A stretch of 64,000 nt of DNA, from the NCBI GenBank assembly GCA_963788195.1, contig CAWBGA010000017.1, forward strand, positions 544,001-608,000, given 5' to 3'. The number at the start of each line of letters is the position of its first letter. Position 1 is the first letter of the stretch. A program made the translations under genes and the position numbers. A model generated the notes under the pieces. The model was not told the origin of the DNA and made no database searches. It saw only the letters and a program-made list of their open reading frames with translations. The DNA comes from Nitrospirota bacterium (lineage in GTDB: Bacteria > Nitrospirota > Nitrospiria > Nitrospirales > NS-4). Below, piece after piece: positions 53,868-64,000 of this stretch.

Positions 53868-54204
53868 GGATCGCCTTCACCTGCGCCCAGTTGTTGTACC
53901 ACCTTCAATGTTAGTCATGCACACATCGGCTGCGGCTCGATCGTCTCTAGAGCCGGCGGTAGGGCCTGATTATACGCCTGCCGCCAGCGTTTTATCAGCA
54001 CCTTCGCTTGCCGAAGAGCGACGTCCCATAAAACAGCTGCACCTTAAGACACTGGAGAGCATGGCCACGCCTGTTGCGTGAAAGCATATAGCGCGTGCCT
54101 ACGCCCACCCCAACTAGAGGTTGATATGCCAAATTGGCATTTCAAGTTCTCGAACTTTTCTGGGGTTAGTGGACCGACCGGGAAGAATTAGCGGGAGCTG
54201 TGAC

Positions 54205-54312
54205 GCGGGGTCTGGCTCGCTTTTTATTCTGATGAAAAGGTGCCTGACCCGCTTCTTGTGCCCCAGTTCGACGCTCAGGATAAACTCCGAGAAGGATCTA
54301 GGTTTCAGAATT
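54205..54312. repeat. Composite spacer: GGGTCWGG-type palindrome, GCTCAGGATAAACTCC half-repeat and TTCAGAAT tail
   Basis: Near-identical to 58979-59032; partial copy at 52961-52996. Confidence 0.75.
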
Positions 54313-54372
54313 CAGTGACAGGGCGGATGCGAAGAATTATCGTAAGCGAATCTTGAACAGCAGCAAAACAAC

Positions 54373-54573
54373 TTACTCTTGGCGTTTAGCAATCAGCCTT
54401 CGAACCGCTGGGACCAGATCCTTCGGCACTCCCATCAGCGTTTGACTGTTGTCCTCAAAAGCTGCTTCATCCTCTGCAACCGCTTCTTCTTGGGTCTGCT
54501 CTTCATAAGATTGCAGTACGCGCCGTACCCGGTCTTCGTCCCACCCTGGCGGGAATGTGCTTTGTTTTGTCAT
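54373..54573 (-). CDS. Acidic putative antitoxin
   Basis: ATGA coupling to 54570-54854; FPPGWDE motif; strongly acidic. Confidence 0.7.
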   Translation of the reverse strand: MTKQSTFPPGWDEDRVRRVLQSYEEQTQEEAVAEDEAAFEDNSQTLMGVPKDLVPAVRRLIAKRQE

Positions 54574-54854
54574 GAGTGTTTCTTTCTTCGCCGACGTCGG
54601 TACGCCACAAGCGGCTTACCCGTGAGCTCGTACGCCGTGATCACGAACACGCTATCTCGTTCCTGATCGGGCACATAAATGACGCGGACATATCGACCCG
54701 CCCGGGTTCGGCCGATGGCGATTCGGGCTCCTTCGCGCCCGCTTCGATCCTCGCCTGGTTTTTTCAATACCTCTTCTACTTCATCTTCGTCAACCCTGTG
54801 ATGATAAATGTGCGGCATTTGCGTCTCGGGATCGATATAGAACCGAACATTCAT
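54570..54854 (-). CDS. BrnT/DUF4258-like putative ribonuclease toxin
   Basis: HI..H.V...EVEEVL; GRT.AGRY.RVIY; FVITAY. Confidence 0.72.
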   Translation of the reverse strand: MNVRFYIDPETQMPHIYHHRVDEDEVEEVLKKPGEDRSGREGARIAIGRTRAGRYVRVIYVPDQERDSVFVITAYELTGKPLVAYRRRRRKKHS

Positions 54855-55022
54855 GCTGATTCTCACATGTTTTAGAGAGGAAAACACCACTAAGAGTCAG
54901 TCGAATTGTGCCCTCCCGCAATGAGACACGGGCCAACGCGATCCGTATAGGCTAACTTTTCAGAATCTGCGACGGGCGATCGCCTCTGTCATGCTGAGCA
55001 AAGTCGGAAGCATCTAGCTTAT

Positions 55023-55754
55023 TCAGAATTCGGCGGCAGAGGAAGAATCATCGTAAGTTGATAAGAACCCCCGCGAGGTCAGGCGAGAGGCATGAGATGG
55101 TCTTATGCAGCCCGTCCGCTGCGAGGGGTCAGTTTTTGAAACGCTGCAGACAGCAATCATGCACAATACCGCACCTGCCAATGCCACCGTCGTATCTTTT
55201 TGAGCATCCCAAATGTCGCCCTGCGTGCCCAGATAGGCATCCCCTAACTCAGGGCTGACGATCCGCGCGACCCACGACTCGATGATCTCGAACATTCCGC
55301 TGAATGCAAGTGTCATGGTGACGGCCATCACGGGCGCCCAGGCGCCTCTGACCCGCCCGTAGCGTACCAGGACTTCCCAAAACGGATAGGACATCAGGAG
55401 ACCGAACGAAAAATGAACAATTCGATCAAAATGATTGCGCGTGAGATCAAGTGCCTGCGCCAACCAATATCCGAGAGGGACTTGCGAATACGTATAGTGG
55501 GCCCCCACGGCGTGAAGCGTCATGAAGATGGTAATGAGCACATACGACACATCCGACAGCGGAAACGACCGGTACGTTGCAATGAGAACGCCGAGAGAAA
55601 TCAAGGCGAGCAGGTTCTCGAGCATCCAATCGCTGCGATCAACCGGCGAGATCGCCATGAACACCCAAAACACAATGTACCAGCCCAGCAGAGCTGCATG
55701 GAGCGGATGCTCGCGAACAAATTTCTTGGCACGCTCGAGGCGAGAGATTTTCAT
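55023..55754 (-). CDS. DUF2238 (YjdF) membrane protein
   Basis: W.LEN, HAVGAHYTY..VP.G, RNHFDRIVHF, LGTQGDIWDAQKD. Confidence 0.88.
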   Translation of the reverse strand: MKISRLERAKKFVREHPLHAALLGWYIVFWVFMAISPVDRSDWMLENLLALISLGVLIATYRSFPLSDVSYVLITIFMTLHAVGAHYTYSQVPLGYWLAQALDLTRNHFDRIVHFSFGLLMSYPFWEVLVRYGRVRGAWAPVMAVTMTLAFSGMFEIIESWVARIVSPELGDAYLGTQGDIWDAQKDTTVALAGAVLCMIAVCSVSKTDPSQRTGCIRPSHASRLTSRGFLSTYDDSSSAAEF

Positions 55755-56428
55755 GTAGACAGTTCTGAAGGCTCGAAGGCAGAGTCGTGAACCGGCTGAA
55801 TTGTTTCCCGCCTCCAGAGACGCTGCACGACGATCATTACAATCACGCTCAGAAGTGATCCATAGAGTGCCGCGGCCATATCGTTTTGGGCATCCCATAC
55901 ATCGCCTTGGGCGCCAAGATAGTTCAATCCCGTCCCAGGGCTCACGAGTTGCGCGAGCCAGGATTCCAGAATCTCCCATACGGCGCTCATGCCGACCACT
56001 GCGCTGACCGACAGGGTCACGGCTAACGTCCGGTGGACCTTCAACCCCCGAAGAAATATCTCGCATAGGGGGTGGGTCATCAGTAAACCGAAACAAAAAT
56101 GCACGACCCGATCAAAACCATTGCGATGGAGCCCAAATGCGTCCTTCATCCAGTCGCCCAGCGGCACCTGCGCATAGGTATAGTGCGAGCCGATAACATG
56201 CAGGATCATAAACAGGGTGATCAGCAAGTACGACAAGGTAGAGAATCGAAATCGTTTATAGCTTGTCACAAGCGCAACTAGAAAGACCGATGGCGTCGCA
56301 TTCTGGATTAACCAATCGACGCGGCTGACGGGAGAAATCGCCATGACGCCCCAGATCAGCACATAACAGGCCGCAAGCAATGTAAGAGAGAGAACATGAT
56401 TCGGAACCGTCTCGCTATCCGACGCCAT
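55751..56428 (-). CDS. DUF2238 (YjdF) membrane protein, tandem paralogue
   Basis: HVIGSHYTYAQVP, RNGFDRVVHF, LGAQGDVWDAQND. Confidence 0.88.
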   Translation of the reverse strand: MASDSETVPNHVLSLTLLAACYVLIWGVMAISPVSRVDWLIQNATPSVFLVALVTSYKRFRFSTLSYLLITLFMILHVIGSHYTYAQVPLGDWMKDAFGLHRNGFDRVVHFCFGLLMTHPLCEIFLRGLKVHRTLAVTLSVSAVVGMSAVWEILESWLAQLVSPGTGLNYLGAQGDVWDAQNDMAAALYGSLLSVIVMIVVQRLWRRETIQPVHDSAFEPSELST

Positions 56429-56503
56429 CGAATTCTGTGGTCTGGGGTCCTTGAGCTCAGTCGTGGAATGATGCATGTGCCGCAATTGTGTTTAAGCTTG
56501 CAA

Positions 56504-56836
56504 CTACTTTTTGTTGTACAAGCCCAGGATGTCGGACTCGCGGACGAGAACGAGTTCCTTACCGTCCAGGTCGACCGGAGTCGTTCCGTATTTCTCGTAG
56601 AGCACCTGGTCGCCCGGTTTAAGGACCGTGGCATTGAAGACCTTTTCCTCTTTCTCTTTTGGTTTACTTCCCCACTTCTTTTCCGGTGTTTCCAAGCGCC
56701 CCTTCCCCACGGCCAAGACTTTTCCCTCTACAGGTTTCTCCTTGGCCGCGTCGGGGATGAACAGCCCCCCGGCGGTCTTTTCCTTGGCCTCCGACGGTTC
56801 GATCAGCACCCAATCATGTAACGGTTGAATTCCCAT
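56504..56836 (-). CDS. groES: Co-chaperonin GroES (orphan copy)
   Basis: IQPLHDWVL, EKTAGGLFIPDAAKEKP, GKVLAVGKG, RESDILG. Confidence 0.92.
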   Translation of the reverse strand: MGIQPLHDWVLIEPSEAKEKTAGGLFIPDAAKEKPVEGKVLAVGKGRLETPEKKWGSKPKEKEEKVFNATVLKPGDQVLYEKYGTTPVDLDGKELVLVRESDILGLYNKK

Positions 56837-56997
56837 GGTGATTCCTCCTACTTTGATGCTGACTATAGATATCTACGCTCTGTTTTGCGGTTCTTTCGAA
56901 ATTAGCACCTCTCCTGTTACCTTAGCAGCCCTAATAGTACCGCGTGACAACGGTAATCACCAGCCAGCCTTGGCCTTCTCTGATCGCAAAAGAGAAT

Positions 56998-57033
56998 CCT
57001 CTCCCCCGGAGGGAGAGGGCGAGGGTGAGGGGG
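56998..57033. repeat. CCTCTCCC/GGGAGAGG-GGGTGAGGGG REP-like palindrome
   Basis: CCTCTCCC-CCGGA-GGGAGAGG followed by GGGTGAGGGG; degenerate copy at 52435-52470. Confidence 0.7.
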
Positions 57034-57053
57034 AAGACGAGAAAATACGTTGA

Positions 57054-57257
57054 CTAAGATTTCAGAGGTAACGCTTCGGCTTCTAACTTAGAGAGATCAA
57101 CGATCTTGCTGGCATGGTCAATATCAATGCCCACCACCTGGCCGGCCGCATCGAGATCCAAGACGACCCCTGGGGCAACTTCACGGGAATCCACGCCCAC
57201 CTTTTGGGAAAGGTCGATGTACAAGGAATCCGTCTCCTGAAAGTAATGGACCTTCAT
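57054..57257 (-). CDS. DUF2283 antitoxin-like protein
   Basis: MKVHY..ETDSLYIDL...GVVLDLD..G.VVGIDI..AS. Confidence 0.88.
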   Translation of the reverse strand: MKVHYFQETDSLYIDLSQKVGVDSREVAPGVVLDLDAAGQVVGIDIDHASKIVDLSKLEAEALPLKS

Positions 57258-57261
57258 GCAC

Positions 57262-57492
57262 TTACCCTTTGAAGTTCCGATCAATGAACGCATTATGCAC
57301 AGTTACCATATCCTCTAATGTCACCACACGCAAGTACGCGTTGCGTTCCGCGATAAAAATCCAATGTCGGACCCTTCCATCAGGCTGCGCTTCGCGGCGA
57401 ACGAACTCTCGCAACGCCTGTTCACACCAGTCACGGCGTATGTAAGGGCGCTTGCGCAAAACCTGTTCTTCAAAGTACCGAGTCGTTCTCAC
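57262..57492 (-). CDS. RelE-fold/DUF4258-like putative toxin
   Basis: QPDGRVRHW, YLRVVTL, VHNAF.DR; adjacent to DUF2283. Confidence 0.75.
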   Translation of the reverse strand: MRTTRYFEEQVLRKRPYIRRDWCEQALREFVRREAQPDGRVRHWIFIAERNAYLRVVTLEDMVTVHNAFIDRNFKG

Positions 57493-57681
57493 CTTCAGTC
57501 CATTTGAGAATCGGTCAAATTGCGACCTTGAATCGCAGAGACTTCGCCGATCAGCTATGAGACACGGCAGTCTAGCGTTCGTCTAGCGGCGGATGGTCGG
57601 GATCTGTCACCGTTTCAGTCTACTGAATCGGTGCCTGTCGACATTTCCAGGCGAGCGTACAGCTCGGACGTCGAATGGGAT

Positions 57682-58614
57682 TCAGATGATTCTGTTCGCA
57701 TGTTCGAGGACCTCGTCTGCCGAGGGAGGTTCTGCTTTTCTTCCGGGCCGGCCAGGGTATTTTGTCCGCGCCGTTAAGAAGCCAAAAACCAAAAGGGCAC
57801 CGCTCACTAGTGCTATAAGAGACTGCCACACCCATTCATAATCGGCGACTCGGATACGACTATAGTACGGCGGGATGGTACGGTGCTCGACTTGAATCCG
57901 TTCTTCTATGTGTAAGGCATCCCATTGGTCCTTAGGCACATTGCCACCGATTAGTTGTTGCTCGCCTAGCGCATTTATGAAGCGACAGTTGATCAAATAT
58001 CCTGTAGCCCCGCCCCGGAGGCTGGAAGGCGCTTCATGCTTGCCTATGATCGTACAGGGGACACTCTTACTCGGGCTCATGCGTTGTTCAACCAGTGCAA
58101 TCTGTACGATGTTGGGTACTGTGACGAGTAGTGATACGACTCCGATAGCTCCATACCACGGCAATCGGTTCAAGATGCGCGTCTTTGATACCTCCGGCTC
58201 AGTGTTTACCCTCAGCCGGGTCAATTGATGCCATACAAATGCTGCGCGAGCAGATCTGATGTTGATCCATAAGACGAGTAGGACCGGGAGTATGCCCACG
58301 GGCAGGTACTGGTATACGGAATTGTCGATGATCACTTCGCATGCCACTAACGTCATTGCCAAAGCGGCAATGCGGCTTGTAAATCTGTAGAGCAAGGATG
58401 CCAGCGCCGCGTACAGCACACCCGGGACCGCCCCAATCGCTCCCCCATCCGGCATACCGAATAAGAGATATGGTGCGCCCGGCGGCATCACGCCATATAA
58501 CGCGCCGTATATGACGAGCACTCCAGCAACAAAGAATGAAAAGTTCGATGCGTGGTAAATTATTCTTTCCGCTTGGTCCGACGTCCCTATTTCACCCCAC
58601 CAGAGATTATTCAT
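57682..58614 (-). CDS. Multi-pass membrane hypothetical protein
   Basis: 310 aa; about six TM helices and a small extracytoplasmic beta domain. Confidence 0.65.
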   Translation of the reverse strand: MNNLWWGEIGTSDQAERIIYHASNFSFFVAGVLVIYGALYGVMPPGAPYLLFGMPDGGAIGAVPGVLYAALASLLYRFTSRIAALAMTLVACEVIIDNSVYQYLPVGILPVLLVLWINIRSARAAFVWHQLTRLRVNTEPEVSKTRILNRLPWYGAIGVVSLLVTVPNIVQIALVEQRMSPSKSVPCTIIGKHEAPSSLRGGATGYLINCRFINALGEQQLIGGNVPKDQWDALHIEERIQVEHRTIPPYYSRIRVADYEWVWQSLIALVSGALLVFGFLTARTKYPGRPGRKAEPPSADEVLEHANRII

Positions 58615-59061
58615 AGAATCCCGCGTAAGACTTTATCGGCCGGGGTCGGCTGTGCCGGTTCGTTTTGGCGCTCAATGTTTACTTCGCTCATCTAACTTTA
58701 CGTTTAATGGCCTACAGTGAGATACTATCAGAGTTTCTACTATGATCCAACTTTTCAGTCTAAAACAATTCTACGCGCACCGGATGACTGGGGCTGAAAG
58801 TATTCCGCGTCCCCCCAAACAGCGTTAGGCTTGACGTAACGCGCGAGGCGCTCTCCAAGACACACACCAATTCCGAGCATCAGGCTCTCTTCGGCCGACC
58901 CTGGCCATCGTGATCCTCGCAGCCTTCCTCATTCAGCGCTTCTTCGTGCGGGTCTAGTGTGGGGTACGCTGTCGGTCAGGGCCTGGTTCTCTTTTCATTC
59001 TGATGAAAAGGTTGCCTGACCCCCTTCTTGTGCACGCAGCATCGTCATCCTTGTATCTTGA

Positions 59062-60195
<1,134 letters not shown>

Positions 60196-60278
60196 CATGA
60201 AGAAGTCCTGAGCGCCCATTTGCTGAGCGAAGTCGAAGCACTTATTCGGGGCGAGGCTGACCTCGGCGTGGCAGGTGA

Positions 60279-60632
60279 TTAAGATCGTTGACTAATCCTG
60301 ATCAGTCCCGGACTAGCGACAACAAAACCGCCGATAAGATCCTCTTTCTTCTTTTTGATCAGATCAATGATATCTTGACACATTGCACTTCGCGCGTTAA
60401 CAGGGTAGCGAATGAGGATGACGCCTGATGATTCACTCAGGCTTGCATAAACTAGTCTCCCGAAGTCCTTGTCTTCTGTGATAAGGATTCTTTCTTCTCT
60501 AACGGCTAGCCCAATTACCGCCTCGTCTTCAGCTCCTGAAAAGGTTTCTGATATTGCAACAACATCGTGCTTTGCAGCACGCAATGCGCGAACAACTGCA
60601 AAGTCGCAACTCTCATCCACAAGAAAACGCAC
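60279..60632 (-). CDS. DUF5615 PIN-like toxin
   Basis: MRFLVDES, D..V...A..E.RILITEDKDFG. Confidence 0.88.
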   Translation of the reverse strand: MRFLVDESCDFAVVRALRAAKHDVVAISETFSGAEDEAVIGLAVREERILITEDKDFGRLVYASLSESSGVILIRYPVNARSAMCQDIIDLIKKKKEDLIGGFVVASPGLIRISQRS

Positions 60633-60635
60633 CTC

Positions 60636-60890
60636 TTAGCGCTTTTTTCGCTTTCGTGGCGAATGTTCCTTTGTTACGATTTCTTCATGCGCAACGCTGT
60701 CCGCCCCATATGCCATGGCAGCTTGGATGTCTGCCGCTTTTAGACGAGGGTACGCATCGAGCAAATGCTTTTCGGTAGCACCTTCGCTTAATTTCCGAAG
60801 GATTAGCTCCACGGGAATACGTGTGCCTCTGATAACGGGTTTTCCCATCATCAGCTTGGGATTGATCTCGATCTTATCAGCGATCGTCAT
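60636..60890 (-). CDS. DUF433 antitoxin
   Basis: GKPVIRGTRIPV...YP.L...DI.AA..Y. Confidence 0.92.
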   Translation of the reverse strand: MTIADKIEINPKLMMGKPVIRGTRIPVELILRKLSEGATEKHLLDAYPRLKAADIQAAMAYGADSVAHEEIVTKEHSPRKRKKR

Positions 60891-60965
60891 AGTCGCCCTC
60901 CATCGGACATACTTCTCCGCTTGGCTACTTGTCGAGGCACAGCTCTGGACAACTAAACAATCTTA

Positions 60966-61030
60966 TCACAAGGTGAGATGGCTTCCTGACAGCAGATCTC
61001 CCCGCTCGAGATCTGCGGGAGCCTTGGCAT
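60966..61030 (-). pseudogene. hicA: Decayed hicA toxin remnant
   Basis: TAATG overlap with the hicB stop; MPRLPQISSGEI, then SGSHLTL* in another frame. Confidence 0.6.
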
Positions 61031-61266
61031 TAAGGAATGCTAACCGTCAACTCTTCGATATATACACGCTTTTCTTGATGAGGAATTGGTTGACCGTGAG
61101 CAAGGAGTGACTCAAGATGCTGCTCGATCGCCCCTCGCATGTTGCGCTTGGCATCGTCAACAGTTCTTCCATTGCTGAAGCAGCCGACCAGGCTCGGAGC
61201 GTAGGCAAAATAGCCCTCGTCCTCGGCTTCTTTCTCAACGACAATCTCGACCTTGTATTCCTTCAT
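61030..61266 (-). CDS. hicB: HicB-family antitoxin
   Basis: GYFAYAPSLVGCFSNGRT.DDA..N...AI..HLE......G.PIP. Confidence 0.9.
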   Translation of the reverse strand: MKEYKVEIVVEKEAEDEGYFAYAPSLVGCFSNGRTVDDAKRNMRGAIEQHLESLLAHGQPIPHQEKRVYIEELTVSIP

Positions 61267-61558
61267 AAATTCCTCTTAGGGATGGATTATACACTAGTGC
61301 TCAAGCAACTCCAGTATGCGCTCACGGCGCGGATTCCTTTCGCAGCCTCCCAGGATCTGCGCGAAGGATCTGGGTGTCAGATACGAACCTTCGTCAGCGT
61401 TACAACCCCCGGCCGGTTTTAGCCGCCTTCTGCTGAGCTTCATGGCAATTCACACCCACACAACTAGCATATTATACTTAAATGTACAGTCTTACTTATA
61501 ATTTGACTTCGTGATCAAGAAGCTGATTAACTAAACTCTTGCTTTACGGAACAACAAC

Positions 61559-62338
61559 TTGAAGCGCTCGCCCTTAAAAACGCCGGCCTTACCTCAAGCC
61601 GGACAATCGACTGCCCAACGTATCGATACGCTTATTGAGAAGAAGCGGCTGGAACCTGTACTGATGGCGATCGTTGCTACCGTGTGGGCAATGGTCGAGT
61701 GGGTACGATGGCTATTTTCGCTTCCGCCGACGCCTATTCCTCTCACCATCATAGCCATAGGTTTCTGCTTCTATGCATTTGTCCGACTCCGTGGCAGCGA
61801 AAGTGAACTACACAATTTGCGACTGGGCAGAGACGGTGAGCAGGTGGTTGCAGAAGAGCTAGAACGTCTTCGCGTACTCGGGTACGAAGTATTTCACGAT
61901 GTTTGCTCTTACGGTTCTAATATCGACCATGTCTTAGCAGGGCCAGGGGGCGTGTTCACAGTTGAGACGAAGACGTGCAGCAAGCGAGTAAAAGGAAATC
62001 CGACTGTGACCTTCGATGGGTCAATCATCAGAGTTGACGGCCACACGTTGGACCGTGATCCAGTGATTCAGGCGAAAGCTCAGGCCGCCGACCTTCGAAA
62101 CCTCATCAAATCAATGACTGGAGAAAATATCCGAGTAAGACCAATTGTCGTGTTTCCGGGATGGTTCATCGAATCCAATTCATATGCAGCGACTGATGTC
62201 TGGGTGCTTAATCCAAAATCGCTCGCTGCCTTTCTCCGAAATGAGCGGATCGTTTTGCCGGTAGAGAAGGTTTCCCTCATCATGCACCATCTAACGCAGC
62301 ACATCCAACATACAGAGCGTCAGTTAAAAGCCAACTGA
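61559..62338 (+). CDS. Membrane-anchored NERD nuclease-related domain protein
   Basis: Two TM helices; GRDGEQ, NIDHVLAGPGGVFTVETK. Confidence 0.85.
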   Translation: MKRSPLKTPALPQAGQSTAQRIDTLIEKKRLEPVLMAIVATVWAMVEWVRWLFSLPPTPIPLTIIAIGFCFYAFVRLRGSESELHNLRLGRDGEQVVAEELERLRVLGYEVFHDVCSYGSNIDHVLAGPGGVFTVETKTCSKRVKGNPTVTFDGSIIRVDGHTLDRDPVIQAKAQAADLRNLIKSMTGENIRVRPIVVFPGWFIESNSYAATDVWVLNPKSLAAFLRNERIVLPVEKVSLIMHHLTQHIQHTERQLKAN

Positions 62339-62419
62339 CTGATCTTTTCAGCGAACAGTGCCTGTCCCCGTATACCAGCCGCAAAGTCTCGAGCCTGAAT
62401 CCGATTGTTCCGTTGCTTG

Positions 62420-62692
62420 TTAGCGGCGGCGGTACCGCGTTTTGTCCGAATAGACCGGCATGACAAGTCCATCAGCAACCAGACGCTGGAGTATCGTCCA
62501 GGTTATCCAATGCTCCTGTTTTCTCTCTGACGCGCGATCAAGTTGAATTCCTAAGCCGCAAAGGCGTTCTATCTCTATAGCGCCAAGCCCTGGGCCATCC
62601 CTTGAGCCGCGAGGATCACGGGAAAAAGTCGTCAGAACGTGCTCTTTCAACTCGTCTATGAGAGCATGACCACGCTTCTGAAAGTCGTCCAT
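62420..62692 (-). CDS. Small hypothetical protein (winged-helix-like)
   Basis: GGAGG RBS; IERLCG...ILQRLVADGLV pattern. Confidence 0.55.
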   Translation of the reverse strand: MDDFQKRGHALIDELKEHVLTTFSRDPRGSRDGPGLGAIEIERLCGLGIQLDRASERKQEHWITWTILQRLVADGLVMPVYSDKTRYRRR

Positions 62693-62704
62693 CCAGCATC
62701 CTCC

Positions 62705-62952
62705 GTTCGCAGCACTGCCTGAATGCGTCCAGCGTCGCTTAGGCCAGTGAACGCATACGGTAATGTTCTTCTCCCGCCGCGTCCGGTTTTTGACCTCGCA
62801 ATTTTCGAGGTCAAAGCGTCGTTTTCTTCCGCAGTCAACTGGAAAACACAATCAATGGGAAAACGCTTTTTGTTTCTTCACCTGCTCATTGAGCTGCCCG
62901 TCAGCACACCATAAAGCCCGGCCAAATCTGCTGCTAACATCACTCTGTGTCC
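62705..62952 (-). pseudogene. Frameshifted ORF6N/KilA-N DNA-binding gene remnant
   Basis: Fragments GHRVMLAADLAGLYGV, LNEQVK, FQLTAEE and GRGGRRTLPYAFT separated by frame breaks. Confidence 0.75.
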
Positions 62953-63007
62953 TAGATTCTGCGGGAAGGATTTTGCGTTCAGAATCGGGCGTGAGGCAAT
63001 CCCGTCC

Positions 63008-63072
63008 GTCATGCTGAGCCCTTCGGCCATGCTCAGGATAGACTCCGCGAAGGATCTGGCCTATTCAGAATT
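63008..63072. repeat. Complete GTCATGCTGAGC...GCTCAGGATAGACTCCGCGAAGGATCT REP-like unit with TTCAGAAT tail
   Basis: Related copies at 47968, 48980, 54267, 54988 and 59044/60210. Confidence 0.8.
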
Positions 63073-63105
63073 GAGCCAGGGAGCGAGTGGGAAGAAGCGT
63101 ATTTC

Positions 63106-63372
63106 TCAGGTCGCCACGATGTTCACGTGGGCAGCATAGCCAAGCTGCTTCAGGAGCCGCTCGCAGTCTTCCCACGTCAGGCCGAAAGCCCGCACGTCAG
63201 CTACCCCTAGATGAGCGATCACGTCGCGAATCTCGGTGAAGTGCTCACACTCGAACGCGCTTTCCATCAGCGCTGATTCCGCCCATGTGACAAGCTCAGC
63301 CAGGGAAACATCATGGCGCAGGTAGGCCGCGAGCTTATCCGCAACGGCCTGCCGAGTGATTTCGCCCTTCAT
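63106..63372 (-). CDS. Acidic helical hypothetical protein (putative antitoxin/immunity)
   Basis: Starts 2 nt after the upstream ORF stop; 88 aa. Confidence 0.7.
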   Translation of the reverse strand: MKGEITRQAVADKLAAYLRHDVSLAELVTWAESALMESAFECEHFTEIRDVIAHLGVADVRAFGLTWEDCERLLKQLGYAAHVNIVAT

Positions 63373-63374
63373 AT

Positions 63375-63611
63375 TTACGCCTTTCGATGTCCCTCATCTT
63401 CGGGATACTTGTAATGCACTTCGACTAGGCTCCAGCTCGCATCGTAGACCTCTTGATAAAATCGCACTGTTGCTTCCTCGGCGTCAACTTCTTTCACATA
63501 CCTGGCGGTCCAGCCCTGCCGCCCGATTACGTCCAGCCAATACCGCCTTCCGCCGTCGGGCAAGGTTTCCCATTGCGGAAACTTCTTTTCGTTTTGCTCG
63601 CGTGTGCCCAC
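63375..63611 (-). CDS. Small beta-rich hypothetical protein (putative toxin)
   Basis: AGGAG RBS and GTG start; GGRRYW, RYVKEVD, RFYQE.YD and H.KYP.D.GH. Confidence 0.65.
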   Translation of the reverse strand: MGTREQNEKKFPQWETLPDGGRRYWLDVIGRQGWTARYVKEVDAEEATVRFYQEVYDASWSLVEVHYKYPEDEGHRKA

Positions 63612-63855
63612 GCTCTCCTGGCTTCCGCTCCGAATCGGGCTGCTCAATAGCAGGGTCCATAGGGTGAGACACAGCATTCTGGCGTTCGTCTAGCATTTTA
63701 ATCGGCGACTCTGAAGGCGCCTTATCGAAGCATCCTGAGCACAGCCTTGTCAGCCCGAGAATCGCAAAGGATCTATATTTGAGAATTCGGCGGATAATCT
63801 ACTCTGACTCAAATACTTTATTTTGACCGGGTGGCAGGTTTTTCGTCACCACTTA

Positions 63856-64000
63856 CTATTTCTGTTTTTGTGATGCTTTATCCACCTCAACGACGCCGCC
63901 GGTGACGGCATATTTCATCGCTTCGCCGGATGGCACCTGTTCAATCAAACGCACACGCTTGCGGTTCACCATGTAGAGCTGGCCCGCAAAGTTGTAGGCC
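63856..64000 (-). CDS. C-terminal part of a DUF502-like membrane protein (runs off window)
   Basis: AYNFAGQLYMV...EAMKYAVTGGV* on the minus strand. Confidence 0.55.
   Translation of the reverse strand, partial: AYNFAGQLYMVNRKRVRLIEQVPSGEAMKYAVTGGVVEVDKASQKQK

Noticed and set aside
54062..54077. sigma54-like TGGCCACG...TTGC
   Set aside because: GG-GC spacing is 11 rather than 10 nt, and no plus-strand gene follows.
55755..56096. N-terminal extension of ORF 55023-56096
   Set aside because: It overlaps the upstream paralogue; ATGA coupling gives the start at 55754.

Overview
Bacterial chromosomal window with GC of roughly 58-60% (estimated by eye). Gene content suggests Nitrospira/Nitrospirota (inference). 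Bases 1-46 kb hold mostly ordinary genes: mazG, def, a potABCD polyamine transporter split by a stand-alone MshEN gene, a glgC-DUF4912-GH57 glycogen operon, mdtABC divergent from an ECF sigma/anti-sigma operon, mlaEFD and several oxidoreductases/hydrolases. Five genes between 22 and 37 kb carry small (mostly single-base) frameshifts. Bases 46-64 kb are an accessory array of small, mostly minus-strand genes with about eight toxin-antitoxin-like pairs and several decayed gene fragments. No integrase or attC sites are visible. A fixed-spacing motif, TGAGACAC-N14-CGTMTA, lies just upstream of many of these cassettes, and REP-like palindromes fill the spacers. An IS110 element with a readable bridge RNA has inserted into one palindrome, and its guide segments match the reconstituted target CGTCATC-CT-GAGCG. 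The first 12 kb also carry a dispersed hairpin family with a conserved GCC(A/G)AGAC core and compensating stems. No rRNA, tRNA or CRISPR array was recognised.
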